A stretch of 64,000 nt of DNA from Candidatus Marinacidobacterales bacterium (GCA_965237955.1 OZ250169.1:4832001-4896000), one strand, 5' to 3'; numbered from the stretch's first letter, positions 20,264 to 30,733 are shown. The notes: generated by a model not told the origin, from the letters alone. Made by a program: numbers and translations.

Positions 20264-21313
20264 ATGCGGGTGCTCCACGTAAGCGACCGCCTCACGGAAC
20301 GAGGTGGCGCGTATTGGCACCTGCTCGGGCTCGTCGCGAAGCAGTCGAACGACCCGGATTTCGACGTTCACTTGGCTGTCGGCCGCGATGACGGTGTGGT
20401 TCCCGCACAGTGCGCCGTCACCGAGCTACCCGGGCTCGAGTCACGAACCCGCGTGCCCGTCGACCTCGCGCCGCTCGTCGGCGAGCTCCGTCCGGACGTC
20501 GTTCATGTGCATACCGTCACGAACCCCGAGGTGCTCGAGCAGGCGGGCCGTCTCGACGGCGTCACGAAAGTTCTCACGGTTCAAGACCATCGCTTCTTCT
20601 GTCCGGGGAAAGGGAAGTGGACCGAAGATGGCGAGGTCTGCTCCGAGCGCATGTCCGAGGAGCTATGTACGAAGTGCTTTGCGACTGAGGATGACGCTTA
20701 CTACCGGGAGATTTTGACGCTCACAAAAGAGCGGTTCGAAGCGCTGAAGCGTTTTCGCGTCGTCGTGCTTTCCAACTACATGAAGCGCGAGCTCGGGCTC
20801 CCTGGCGTTCATGTCATCCCGCCGTTCGTACACGGCCTCGATGCGAACGTCGCGCCCGACGGACCGCCGTGCGTTCTGTTCGCGGGGCGGCTCGTCGAGG
20901 CCAAAGGCGTTCTCGACGCGATCGAGGCGTGGAAGCGTTCCGGTGTCGAGTTGCCTCTCGTTCTCGCGGGCACGGGGACGTTGCGCGACGAGCTCGAAGG
21001 CTGCGAAGTACTGGGCTGGGTGCCTCGCGAACGCATGGCGGCCCTCTACCGACGCGCCGCCGCCGTGCTCATGCCGTCCCGCTGGCAGGAACCGTTCGGT
21101 ATCGTGGGACTCGAGGCCTTGACCATGGGAGCTCCGGTGGTGGCGTGGGAAAGCGGCGGTATCTCGGAGTGGCATCCAGGCCCGCTCGTACCATGGGGTG
21201 ACGTCGACGCGCTCGCGTTCGAGCTGCGGACGGCTATCGGAACGCGCGCCGAGCCACCGAGTGGCTTCGACGCAGAAGCTCTCATGCTCCGTGTGGCGAC
21301 CCTGTATGGATAA
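20264..21313 (+). CDS. Glycosyltransferase family 4
   Basis: FAGRLVEAKG; PSRWQEPFGIVGLEA. Confidence 0.9.
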   Translation: MRVLHVSDRLTERGGAYWHLLGLVAKQSNDPDFDVHLAVGRDDGVVPAQCAVTELPGLESRTRVPVDLAPLVGELRPDVVHVHTVTNPEVLEQAGRLDGVTKVLTVQDHRFFCPGKGKWTEDGEVCSERMSEELCTKCFATEDDAYYREILTLTKERFEALKRFRVVVLSNYMKRELGLPGVHVIPPFVHGLDANVAPDGPPCVLFAGRLVEAKGVLDAIEAWKRSGVELPLVLAGTGTLRDELEGCEVLGWVPRERMAALYRRAAAVLMPSRWQEPFGIVGLEALTMGAPVVAWESGGISEWHPGPLVPWGDVDALAFELRTAIGTRAEPPSGFDAEALMLRVATLYG

Positions 21314-21314
21314 A

Positions 21315-21337
21315 TACATAAAAGACATTAAAATGTA
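21315..21337. promoter_or_regulatory. Candidate TA autoregulatory operator
   Basis: TACAT-N13-ATGTA inverted repeat in the AT-rich spacer before the antitoxin. Confidence 0.4.
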
Positions 21338-21340
21338 AAA

Positions 21341-21661
21341 ATGCGGACGACGATAGAAATCCCCGACGAGCTGCTTCGGCAGACAAAAGCTCGCGCAGCG
21401 CTTCGCGGCATGAAGCTCAAGGAGCTCGTCGCGGAGGCTCTCGAAGCGGCCCTCCACTACCCGAGCGGCGCGCCTTCGTCCTCGCGCGTCGCGGACGGGG
21501 CGGAAGAAGAGGCGAATGTGCTCGTGCTGGCCGACAATTGCGTATTCCCCCTCATCCGAGGCGACTGTGGACCGGCGATGCAAGACGCCACTGGTGAGAA
21601 GCTGAACGAGATCCTCGAGGAGGAGGAGGTTGAGCGCGCGATCGGTTCTCGCCGACGTTAA
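21341..21661 (+). CDS. RHH/CopG-type VapB-like antitoxin
   Basis: MRTTIEIPDELLRQTKARAA...LKELVAEAL; overlaps the PIN gene. Confidence 0.8.
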   Translation: MRTTIEIPDELLRQTKARAALRGMKLKELVAEALEAALHYPSGAPSSSRVADGAEEEANVLVLADNCVFPLIRGDCGPAMQDATGEKLNEILEEEEVERAIGSRRR

Positions 21662-22085
21662 CATCTGGTTGGCCACGATCGTCGACGCTCATCCACATCA
21701 CGAAGCGGCGCGGCGGTGGTGGTCGGACGAGCTGTTGCCTTTGGGAACGCCTCTAGGGGGAAAGGTATCGTTCTGCCGGGTCACCCAGCTCGGGCTGTTG
21801 CGCCTACTGACGAACGAAGCCGTCATGGGAAAAAAGCGGCAGAGCGTGCCGGAGGCGTGGGAGACCTACCGTCAGCTCCTCGCGCAACCTCCGGTCGTCT
21901 ACCTCGATGAGCCACACGGGCTCGAAGCGGCAATGCACGAGCTCTGCCGCGGCAGGCGCTCTTCGAAAAACTTCTGGACCAACGCCTATTTGGCCGCTTT
22001 CGCTCGAGCGAGCGCCGTGCCATTCGCCACTTTCGACCGCGGCTTTCGCAAGTTCTCCGGCGTGGACGTGATGCTCTTGTCTTGA
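21630..22085 (+). CDS. vapC: VapC-family PIN-domain toxin
   Basis: LADVNIWLA, CRVTQLGLLRLLTN, WTNAYLAAFA, ATFDRGF. Confidence 0.85.
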   Translation: MSARSVLADVNIWLATIVDAHPHHEAARRWWSDELLPLGTPLGGKVSFCRVTQLGLLRLLTNEAVMGKKRQSVPEAWETYRQLLAQPPVVYLDEPHGLEAAMHELCRGRRSSKNFWTNAYLAAFARASAVPFATFDRGFRKFSGVDVMLLS

Positions 22086-22196
22086 CGCGAAGCCCACACG
22101 CGCGCCTCGCCTTTGACGACTCTTAGTGCAGCCGACGGTCACTTTGCGCTCCGAGTAGCGATAGCGAAATCGAAAATCCACCCGTAAACTAATTGG

Positions 22197-23077
22197 ATGC
22201 TTCGTTTCGCACTCGCTCTTGGCACTGTTGTTGTCGGGCTCGCGCTGGCCGAGGACTCCGCGCCGCGCGTCACCACGCTCGATCTCGACGACGACCTGCC
22301 GTCGCGCGGACGCCTCGGTGGTGTCAGCGTCGACGATAACGGCTTCATCTACGTCTCTGACTTCGGAAGCACCATCTGGCGCATCTCGCCCGAGGGAGGT
22401 GTCGAAGTCGTCGATAACTCGCTCCGGGGATCATCGGGGAACACCGTCGACAGAGCGGGAAACCTCTATCAAGCGAGCTTCCGCGACAACCGCATCGTCC
22501 GCATCGACAAGACCGGCCAGCTCGAGACCTATGTCTCCGACGGCCTCGATGGTCCGATTGGCATCACCGTCGACGGCTCGGGAAACCTCTACGTGTGCAA
22601 CTGCTCCGGGAACTTCATCGCCAAAGTCGATGGCAGCGGACGCGCAACCCGCTTCGCGGAGAGCCCGACTTCGATTGCCCCAGCGGGATCACGTTCGATC
22701 CGAGTGGCGATTTCATCGTAGCAAGCTTCAACAACGGCTATCTCGTCCGCGTCTCTCCCGACGGGGAAGCCGAAACGTGGGTGGAGGTGCCGGAGGGACG
22801 CAACGCCCACGTCGCGGCAACGGAGCACGGGCTCTATGTGACGAAGATCGAATCGAACCGCATCTACCGGATCGATCGCGCCGGAACCATCGAGGCGTTC
22901 GCCGGCACGGGCGAGCTCGGCCTGGATGACGGGCCCGTGCTCGAGGCGACGCTCGCGCGTCCGAACGGCATCGCCGTGTCACCGGATGGGCGAGCGCTCT
23001 ACGTCAACAACCTCGAAGGCCCCTGGCGAAGCTCCGAGCCCACGAACATCATCCTGCGTCGCATCGAGCTTCCTTAG
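22197..23077 (+). pseudogene. Secreted NHL/SMP-30 beta-propeller protein, frameshift near 22665
   Basis: Repeats such as GITVDGSGNLYV continue across two frames at a CCC run. Confidence 0.75.
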
Positions 23078-23112
23078 TTCGTCGGCACGAGGCGCTCGAG
23101 CTCCTGAAACCA
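23074..23112 (-). pseudogene. Orphan 3' tail of a Ser/Thr kinase-PD40 gene abutting the IS110 end
   Basis: TGG TTT CAG GAG CTC GAG CGC CTC GTG CCG ACG AAC TAA = WFQELERLVPTN*, matching the tails at 24666, 51931 and 55774. Confidence 0.8.
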
Positions 23113-23132
23113 GGGTCGAAAAACATCTATCG

Positions 23133-24410
23133 TCATGCTGGATCTCCCCGTAGAGAAGGCTCGATGTGATATCCGAGTTTGCGCAGGTCGCGGATCATAT
23201 TGGCAATGCGTCGTTTGGAGCGCGCGCGGCTAACGTCGGGGCCACGTTCCTCATAGTCAACGCCCTGGTGGAGAATCTTCCAGATTAAACGACACAACCG
23301 ATGGGCAACGGCCCAGATGGCTTGCGCGTGCCCCAGGCGTGGAACCAACCGCCGGTACACGAGCTGGAAGAAACTCCCTTTGGTCTTGACGGCCGCGTTG
23401 GCGGCTTGATTGAGGAGGCGGCGCATCGGCCGACTGCCTTTGGGCGAGCGATGGCTGTAGCTTTTGCCGGCGCTTTCGTGCTCTCCGGGGCACACGCCCA
23501 CCCAGGACGCGAGGTGCTTGGCCGACGGAAACGTCTCGGCGCTCGCCCCGACTTCCGCGATGATCTGCTGCGCCGAATCCACGCCGAGCCCAGGCACTTC
23601 AGCGAGTCGTTGCACAGCTGCTTGATGCTCGCCGAGCAGATGCGCCATCTCTTCATCGAGTTGCGCGCTCTGCTCTTCGAGCAATCGTAATTCCTCGAGC
23701 GTCATTTGCACGAGCTTCCGATAGACGGGGTTGAGATCGGCACACGCGCCGAGCGCATCGCACAACTGCTCGGGCGTGGCACGCAATCGACGGTCGGCCA
23801 ACTCCGCCAAGCGGGCCGGCTCCGTTTCCCCGTCCGCCAAGGCTTGCAACATCTGCCGCGCACTCAGCCCCAGAAGATCCGACACCAGGCTCGACAACTT
23901 TAGATGCGCTTCCTCCAGCAACGACTCTAGGCGGTTTTGGAGCTGAACCCGGTTACGCGTGAACTGGTACTTGCGGCGCATCACCGTTCGCCACAGGCGC
24001 TGCTCCGGCTCGGGAACGAAGCTTAGAGTCAGCTCCTGCGCCACCAAACGCTTCACCAATCGTTCGGCATCCGGAAAATCCCGCTTCCGACCCCGCGCGC
24101 CGCGATTCGACTTTGCTTGCGCCAGATGCAAGTTGCCCGACTGCGCACCCGCGCCCGGCCGAGCTCGGCACTGCGGAGCCCAGGACCGCTCCAACGCCTC
24201 CCACACCGGGCGCCAATATTGCGCGGTCGATTCCATCACTACTTCATCGACCCCCTCGGCCACCAGCCACTCCGCCAGAGCCCGAAGCTCACTCGGTCTC
24301 GTGCCCACACGCCGGCGCGAAAACTTATACTCGCCCTCTACTGCGATGTCGGCGACCACCACCGCCAGCATCTTCTTGTGAACGTCTATCCCAGCAATCC
24401 GGTTTGGCAT
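23133..24410 (-). CDS. IS110-family DEDD recombinase/transposase
   Basis: GIDVHK, MESTAQYW, KRDFPDA, VPGLG, CPGEHESAGK (catalytic Ser); 425 aa, intact. Confidence 0.95.
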   Translation of the reverse strand: MPNRIAGIDVHKKMLAVVVADIAVEGEYKFSRRRVGTRPSELRALAEWLVAEGVDEVVMESTAQYWRPVWEALERSWAPQCRARPGAGAQSGNLHLAQAKSNRGARGRKRDFPDAERLVKRLVAQELTLSFVPEPEQRLWRTVMRRKYQFTRNRVQLQNRLESLLEEAHLKLSSLVSDLLGLSARQMLQALADGETEPARLAELADRRLRATPEQLCDALGACADLNPVYRKLVQMTLEELRLLEEQSAQLDEEMAHLLGEHQAAVQRLAEVPGLGVDSAQQIIAEVGASAETFPSAKHLASWVGVCPGEHESAGKSYSHRSPKGSRPMRRLLNQAANAAVKTKGSFFQLVYRRLVPRLGHAQAIWAVAHRLCRLIWKILHQGVDYEERGPDVSRARSKRRIANMIRDLRKLGYHIEPSLRGDPA

Positions 24411-24429
24411 CGCTCCTCCTCATCGCCGC

Positions 24430-24600
24430 AGCGGAGCGCGTGCTAATCAACTTCATTAATCAGGATCTCAGGCTCGCACCGTGGACAAAGCGCTCACGGC
24501 GACGCCTACTTATTCGCTCTACCAACGCACACGCCGGATCAGCCAGTTGAACGGTCTCAACGGCCCCACTGGTTCGTCGATCTCACCGCTCCGGACCGCA
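24430..24600 (-). ncRNA. Putative bridge/seek RNA of the IS110 element
   Basis: Two stem-enclosed loops; segments CGAACCAGU and UCAACUGG match the kinase target, and GAUCCUG / GUCCA approximate the donor junction; boundaries approximate. Confidence 0.65.
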
Positions 24601-24665
24601 CCAGTCTGCCTTAACCGGAAATGTTTTTCATGTTCTTTCGCGAGCTGCGTCCATCACATCCCCAC

Positions 24666-27265
24666 TCAATTCACCGGAACCAGCCTAAGCAGCTCTTCGT
24701 GCCAGTTGAGAACAACCTGCAGCTCACCGCGTGCCCTTATGTTCGACTCCACGACCAGAAAGCGCTCGCCGTTGGCGGTCACGTCGAGGCGGTTGGGTAA
24801 AACAACCGGACCGGAAAAACTCGATTCGAAGAGGAACGTAGGTGCGCCCACGGTGAGCTCATCACCGGAGTCGACTTGGACCGCCATCAGTTGATCGCCG
24901 TCGCGATAGAAGAGCTCGCGCCCGTCCCGTGACCAGACGGGGCTGCCGCCGCCACCGGTCGAGACGAGGGTTTTGGCGCCGCCGTCGGGAAAAGGCCTCA
25001 CGTAAACTTCGTTCTCGCCGGATTCGTCCGAAGTGTAGGCGAGCCACCGCCCGTCCGGGGACACATCCGCTACGCGCTCGTGAAACTCGGTACGCAAAAA
25101 CGGGCGCGGCTCGCGGTCACCTTCCATCTCGAGCACCCAGAGGTCGGTTAGGTTGTCGGGGTGGTGCTCGTGGAACGCGAGGACGGAGCCATCGGGAGAG
25201 ATGGCGTCCGGATGGCGACGGAGCTCGCCTGTGGTGAGCTGCTCGGCCTCGCCGCTTCCGTCGGCCGGTTGCCAGAACAATTGGTCGGCACCGTTTCGGC
25301 GCGAGGCAAACACGATTTTCTCTCCATCGGGTGTCCAGACGGGTCTCATGTTGTCCGCGGTGAATGTGAGTCGACTCATCGCGCCGCGCGCGATGTCGTA
25401 GAGCCAGATATCACTCTCGAGCTGGATCGCCAACCGAGCCCCGTCCGGAGAAATCTGCGCGCCTCCGTAGGCAGCGGGCGGTGCCGAGAGCGACTCGCTC
25501 ACACCCTGCCGATTCACCCACACCAGCCGTCTGTCGTCGATGCCTCCCGAGAGGTAGACGAGGCTTCCGCTCTCGGAAACCGCGAAGTGCGCTCCTCCTC
25601 TATCGGACCCACCGACCACCCGAGCTACCTCCTCGACGACGGTCGACGCGCCACCCGCCACTTCGAGCGCGTCGAGATCGAAGGGCACGGCTTGAAGCGT
25701 GGCCCCGACGCGATAGACGAGGTGTCCCGTAGGAAGGTAGTGGGCGTCCGAGCCGCCGTCGACGAGAACCCGACGCTCGCCTGTGTCGAGGGAATGCGAC
25801 ATGATGAGACGGTTCGATTGACCGGCGCGTGTCAGAGTCAAGAGAAGCGTGCGCCCGTCGGGAAGCAGTCGAGGAAAGAAAAGCTGCTCGTTTTCCTCCG
25901 GCTCGACGACGACTTCCGGTTCGCCGCCGTTTGCAGACACACGGAGGATGCCTCTTGGTTCGGCGAAATAAATGGCGTCGCCCACCCAGCTCACTCCCAA
26001 AGGGGGGGAAGCAGCACAGAGGCTCACCGGGGTCCCGCCGCCCACCGGCGCCTTCTTGAGGCCGTCGGACCAGAACGCAATCCACTGGCCGTCGGGCGAG
26101 AAAGCAGGGCTTCTGCCTCCGTCTGTGCCTGGCATCGCTGTCGTTTCCAACCGGTCCATGTTTCTCAGGTGGAGTTGTCCGTTCTTGAAATAGGCGATGG
26201 TTCGTCCGTCGTGAGAGATGGCCAACACGTTGCGGCCACGAAGAATAGTTAGACCCTCTGGTGAGATGGCGAATCGCGTCACCGGCCGCTCCGCCGAAGG
26301 CGACAGGATGAGAGCGGTTGCGGCGATGCCCGCCAAAAGGCCGGCAATGCCGGCAACCCAAGATAGCCGTCGGCCTCCACTTCGTTCCGGAAGCGCCGCA
26401 CGGCCACGCTCCGGGGTGGTGAGCGCTTCCTCGATCTCGTTGCGCACGTCGCCAATATCGCGTCGCCGCTTCTTGCGATCTTTCTCGACGCATCGCCGCA
26501 GAAGTCTTTCGATGCGCGGGTCGAGCGCGTCGGGAAGCGCCGCCCAATCGGGCTCGAGCTTGATGACCGAGGCCAGGATGTCCGAGACGTCTTCGCCGGC
26601 AAAGGCTTTCTTCCCGCTCAGCATCTCGTAGAGCACCGCACCGAACGAGAAGATGTCCGATCGCTTGTCGATCTCTCGTCCCCGCGCCTGCTCGGGGCTC
26701 ATGTAGGCGGCGGTGCCAAGAATGACTCCCGCCCGCGTTCCGTCCCGAGTGAGGGTAGGGGAAAGAGAGCTATCAGCCTTCGGAGTGTCCTCCGCAAACG
26801 CTCGCGCCAGGCCGAAGTCGAGGACCTTTACTTTGCCGTCCTCGGTGAGCATGATGTTGCCCGGCTTCAGGTCCCGGTGGATGATCCCCTTCTCGTGGGC
26901 CTCCTCGAGCGCCTCGGCGATTTGCGTTGCAATGCGCAGAGTTTCTTCCACGGCGAGACGACCCCTCGACATGCGGTCGGCGAGTGTCTCTCCCGGCACG
27001 AGTTCCAAGACGAGGTAAAGCGTTGCTCCCGATTCTTCGAGACCGTGAATGGCCGCGATGTTCGGATGATTCAAAGCGGCGAGCAACTGCGCTTCGCGCT
27101 TGAACCGCGCGAGTCGCTTGCTGTCCTGGGAGAACTCCTCCGGTTAATGGCAACGTCACGTCCCAGTTTGCTGTCGCGGGCGCGGTAGACTTCCCCCATA
27201 CCGCCAGCGCCCAGAAGCTCGCGGATCTCGTAGGGGCCGAGGCGTTCACCGGCGGAGAGTGCCAT
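24666..27265 (-). pseudogene. Ser/Thr protein kinase with TM and TolB/PD40 beta-propeller; ~7-nt deletion at the VAIK motif (~27143)
   Basis: [32 protein letters not shown] repeats, VLNWHEELLRLVP; ATT AA|CCG GAG GAG where IKVLPEE is expected. Confidence 0.88.
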
Positions 27266-27354
27266 TGAGCTGGAAAAGTAGCGTTATTCGCTACTGTAAG
27301 TCAAAGGCAAGGAATTCGTTGCTCGACTAAGGGAACAGAGCTATCCTTTCCCTC

Positions 27355-28419
27355 GTGACGGCCTCTCGGTGGCATGTGAGCCCGGTCGTCGACGTGTCGG
27401 CTTACGCGTTTAGCTGGCTCTTCATCCTTCTTCCCCTGGCGTATTTCTCCAGCCGCGAGCATCAGATCGTGATGCTCCTCATCGTCGTGGGGCTCACGTT
27501 CGCGCATCGTCACTACACCTTGCCGTACGTCTATCTCGACCGCGAGATTTTCGACACGCACCCAAAACGGTTCACGTGGTTCCCGCTCCTCATGCTGATC
27601 GGGTTTCTGGCAAGCCCTGCGTTGTGGAACACGCGAGCTCGTATCGTCGTGGCGGCGATCGTTTTCGTTGCTGGAGCTTGGAACGTCTGGCACGTGTACA
27701 CGCAGAAATTCGGCGTGCTGCGTATGTACGCCGCGAAGAGCGGCAGCTCGACCGAAAGCCCACGGTGGGTCGACCGGGTGCTGCTTTTCTGCTGGGCGCC
27801 GCTCTACCTCGTGTGGCTCGGACCGTCGTACCGCGACCAGATCGAGAACGCGTTTCCCACCGTCCGCGATATTGCGCTTCCGCTGGTCGACGCGATGGCT
27901 CGAGCGCTTCCGATTCTGCTCGTTCCTGCCATTGCTTGCGTGGTAGCGGGGCTCGGCATCTTCTTGTACTACGAGTGGAAGACGCAGGGACTTCGTAATG
28001 CCCCGCGGCTTGCGATGGCGTTCGGCACGACGCTTTTGTCCGCATCGTTTCTGATCTTCAACCCGGTCCACGTCTTCATGGCGTTCGCGTTCTCGCACGC
28101 GGTCGAGTACATGGTGTTCGTGTGGGCGTTTCAGCGGCGCCGGTACGATGCGCCGCGCGTGCCCGAGCCACGTCTCGGACGCATCCTGCAACACCCTTGG
28201 CTCGCGTACGGCATCTTCACGTTCGGCATCACCGTGCCGTATCTTCTGATGCGCTTTTGGGGCTATCTCATCGTTCCCGAAGCGACGAACCCGATGATTC
28301 TAGGTACGACGATCGAGCGGTGGGCGTTCTACTGGAGCGTGTTCCAGTCGCTCGTACACTTCTACTACGACGGGTTCTTGTGGAAGATGCGGTTGCCTTC
28401 GGTTCAGGCCAATATCTAG
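27355..28419 (+). CDS. Uncharacterised polytopic membrane protein with His motifs
   Basis: About 9 hydrophobic segments; AHRHYT, WHVYTQKFG, VHFYYDGFLWK. Confidence 0.65.
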   Translation: MTASRWHVSPVVDVSAYAFSWLFILLPLAYFSSREHQIVMLLIVVGLTFAHRHYTLPYVYLDREIFDTHPKRFTWFPLLMLIGFLASPALWNTRARIVVAAIVFVAGAWNVWHVYTQKFGVLRMYAAKSGSSTESPRWVDRVLLFCWAPLYLVWLGPSYRDQIENAFPTVRDIALPLVDAMARALPILLVPAIACVVAGLGIFLYYEWKTQGLRNAPRLAMAFGTTLLSASFLIFNPVHVFMAFAFSHAVEYMVFVWAFQRRRYDAPRVPEPRLGRILQHPWLAYGIFTFGITVPYLLMRFWGYLIVPEATNPMILGTTIERWAFYWSVFQSLVHFYYDGFLWKMRLPSVQANI

Positions 28420-28432
28420 GGTCTCTCCCGCA

Positions 28433-30691
28433 CTAGCGGCCGAGTGCGAGCTTGATCCCGGTCATGAACGTCCGCGGGAGGCCGGGGCGCAGGCCCGCGG
28501 GGCGCCGGGAGACGATGTACGCGTTGTTGCCGACGTTTTGTACGGTCGCGAAAAACCGGATGTCTTCGCCCAAGTCGAATTCCGCAAATGCGTTGACGAC
28601 CAGATACGCGTCCGTTCCTTGGCCCGCGGGAATATCGTCCTGGCCGGCCTCGGTGCGCATGCGGCTTGAGAAGTTGGCATCCACGCCGGCCGACCAACCC
28701 GATTCCTCGACCGCGAATCTCGCATAGAGCTGGTGCCGGGCGAGGTAGGGGAGCTTGTCGCCTTCTTGGACGTCACCCCAAGGTAGGTACGTGCTGTCGA
28801 AGCTCGTGAGAAACTCGGCGTCGCTCAGCGTGTACGAGAACAGGAAGGGGAATCGGAGTCCGCTTGCGGACAGCTCCGCAAAATCGTAGCTCAGGCTTGC
28901 CTCGATGCCGGTGGCTCGCGACGCGCCCCCGTTGAACAAATCACCTTCTCCGCTCCCGCCGGCCGACAGCGTGTCGATGCCGAGCAGGTTGCTGTAGTCG
29001 TTGTAGTAGAAAACGACCTCGGCGCCGAGCGATCTACTCTGGCCGCGGAGACCAAGCTCGTAGTTGAGGCTTTCTTCCGATTGGATGAACTCGGTCGAGC
29101 CCGGACCGGGAGGACTAAAACCTTTGTGGATGCCGCCGAAGACGTGCAAGCTCGGCGTGGCCGTGTACGTGATCCCGATGCCGGGCACGACCGCGGTGAC
29201 GTGATTCTCTCGGACCCGTGGCTTTCTTCGACCGGGATCCGACGTGGCGTAGTCGGTGCGCGTCAGCTCGATGGTCTCGTAGCGCACTCCGGGCAGGAGC
29301 GTCCATCGCGAGATGCGAATCGTGTCCTGTGCGAAGAGCGCGAGCGCGCTCGCATCACTGACACGATTCGATTGACTCCCGGGCGCACCGGCGCTCGTGA
29401 GGCCCATGAGCCCGTTCAGCATCTGAAACCCGTCCTCGTGCTGGAACCGGTCCTCTTCATCTTGGTGGTAGCGTACGCCGAGCTCGAAGTCGTGCTCGGT
29501 CGCGCCAGTGTGCGCAGTGAAGCCAGCGACCGATTGAATGCCTTGCGAGTAATACTCGCGCGCGTTGGCGCGCACCCTGAGGTCATTCGGGTCGCTGTCG
29601 GCGCCCTTCGCAATCGCCAGCTCCCTCGCATGCTCGAGTGGGTCATCGAAGATGCCGCCGATACCCGTTCCGAGAATGCTCTGGAGCTTGTACCAGTTGC
29701 GCTCGAAGTTGTTGCGATAGAACGTCGTGGTGATGTCGATGCCGTTGGGCACTGCGACGAAGTGTTGAGCTTGAAACTGCTGGTGGTTCCATTGGATGTT
29801 GTCGGGCTGCGATGCGGCGTAGCGACGTACGGGATTGCCGTCGAAGTCGCGCTCCGTCAGGCCGAGGTACGTCTCGTTTGAATCTTCCTTGCCGGCTCCA
29901 ACCTTCAGTTCGAGCGATTGGAAAATCCGCGTGCTTGGCGACGTGTTGAATCGAAGCTTCCCGAGGTAGTCCTGTACGTGAAAACCCGTGCGGTCCCCTC
30001 CATCCAGCTCTTTGAAACCGTTCGTGCGTAGCTGGTAGGTTTCGAAGAGCCAGCCGACGTTCTTGTACGAGTCTCCGACGTTGATATGACCCTTCAACGC
30101 GCTATCGGTGCCGACCGCGACGTCAGCTCTCATGCGCAGGCTAATAGGCACACTGGTCGAGACGAGGTTCAAAGCACCACCGTTGGTGCGGGGTCCGAAC
30201 TTGATTTGGCTGGACCCTTTGCGAACTTCGATGGCTTCCATCCGTCCGGTGACGGGGAAGTAGTAGGCGGACGGTGCCGTATACGGGGCCGGCGCGATCA
30301 GAACGCCGTCTTCCATCAGCGTGATCTTGGCGCTTCGCTCGGAGCCTGTGCCTCGCATCCCGATGTTCGGTCGCAGCCCGTAGCCGTCTTCTTCCTGGAT
30401 GACGACCCCGGGGACTTGGCGGAGCATCCGGTGGATGTCGTCGAAGCCTTGACGTTGAGCTTCGAGCGCCTCGCCGTCGATGACGTAGGCGGAGCCGGGA
30501 ATGGTCTCGAGCGCGCTCTCGCTCCCGACGACGTTCACGCGCTCGCTGATGCGGAGCGTGGCCTCGGCGATCGCTTCTTCCAGTGTTTTTTTGTCGTCGT
30601 CTTTTGCGTCGGAATCGTCCTGAGCGCTGGAAGTGACTGTGCCGGCGAGAATTAGAGCTACCAGGGTGATCGTGCTGATTTCGCGCAACAT
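28433..30691 (-). CDS. TonB-dependent receptor (FecA-like)
   Basis: Signal peptide; LRQVPGV...GYGLRPNIGMRG plug; IEVRKG; C-terminal PGLPRTF. Confidence 0.92.
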   Translation of the reverse strand: MLREISTITLVALILAGTVTSSAQDDSDAKDDDKKTLEEAIAEATLRISERVNVVGSESALETIPGSAYVIDGEALEAQRQGFDDIHRMLRQVPGVVIQEEDGYGLRPNIGMRGTGSERSAKITLMEDGVLIAPAPYTAPSAYYFPVTGRMEAIEVRKGSSQIKFGPRTNGGALNLVSTSVPISLRMRADVAVGTDSALKGHINVGDSYKNVGWLFETYQLRTNGFKELDGGDRTGFHVQDYLGKLRFNTSPSTRIFQSLELKVGAGKEDSNETYLGLTERDFDGNPVRRYAASQPDNIQWNHQQFQAQHFVAVPNGIDITTTFYRNNFERNWYKLQSILGTGIGGIFDDPLEHARELAIAKGADSDPNDLRVRANAREYYSQGIQSVAGFTAHTGATEHDFELGVRYHQDEEDRFQHEDGFQMLNGLMGLTSAGAPGSQSNRVSDASALALFAQDTIRISRWTLLPGVRYETIELTRTDYATSDPGRRKPRVRENHVTAVVPGIGITYTATPSLHVFGGIHKGFSPPGPGSTEFIQSEESLNYELGLRGQSRSLGAEVVFYYNDYSNLLGIDTLSAGGSGEGDLFNGGASRATGIEASLSYDFAELSASGLRFPFLFSYTLSDAEFLTSFDSTYLPWGDVQEGDKLPYLARHQLYARFAVEESGWSAGVDANFSSRMRTEAGQDDIPAGQGTDAYLVVNAFAEFDLGEDIRFFATVQNVGNNAYIVSRRPAGLRPGLPRTFMTGIKLALGR

Positions 30692-30733
30692 CCGCAGGGT
30701 CTCCTTGTGTCCCCGTGCGGATGAGAGTTTAGA

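Larger units (their letters stand above)
23110..24661 (-). mobile_element. IS110/IS1111-family insertion sequence
   Basis: Transposase plus ~250-nt 5' non-coding end; perfect 9-bp sub-terminal IR GAAAAACAT (23118-23126) / ATGTTTTTC (24621-24629); exact left end approximate. Confidence 0.85.

Noticed and set aside
27277-27295. AGTAGCG-N5-CGCTACT palindrome between divergent genes
   Set aside because: Possible operator, but there is no regulator nearby and no second copy
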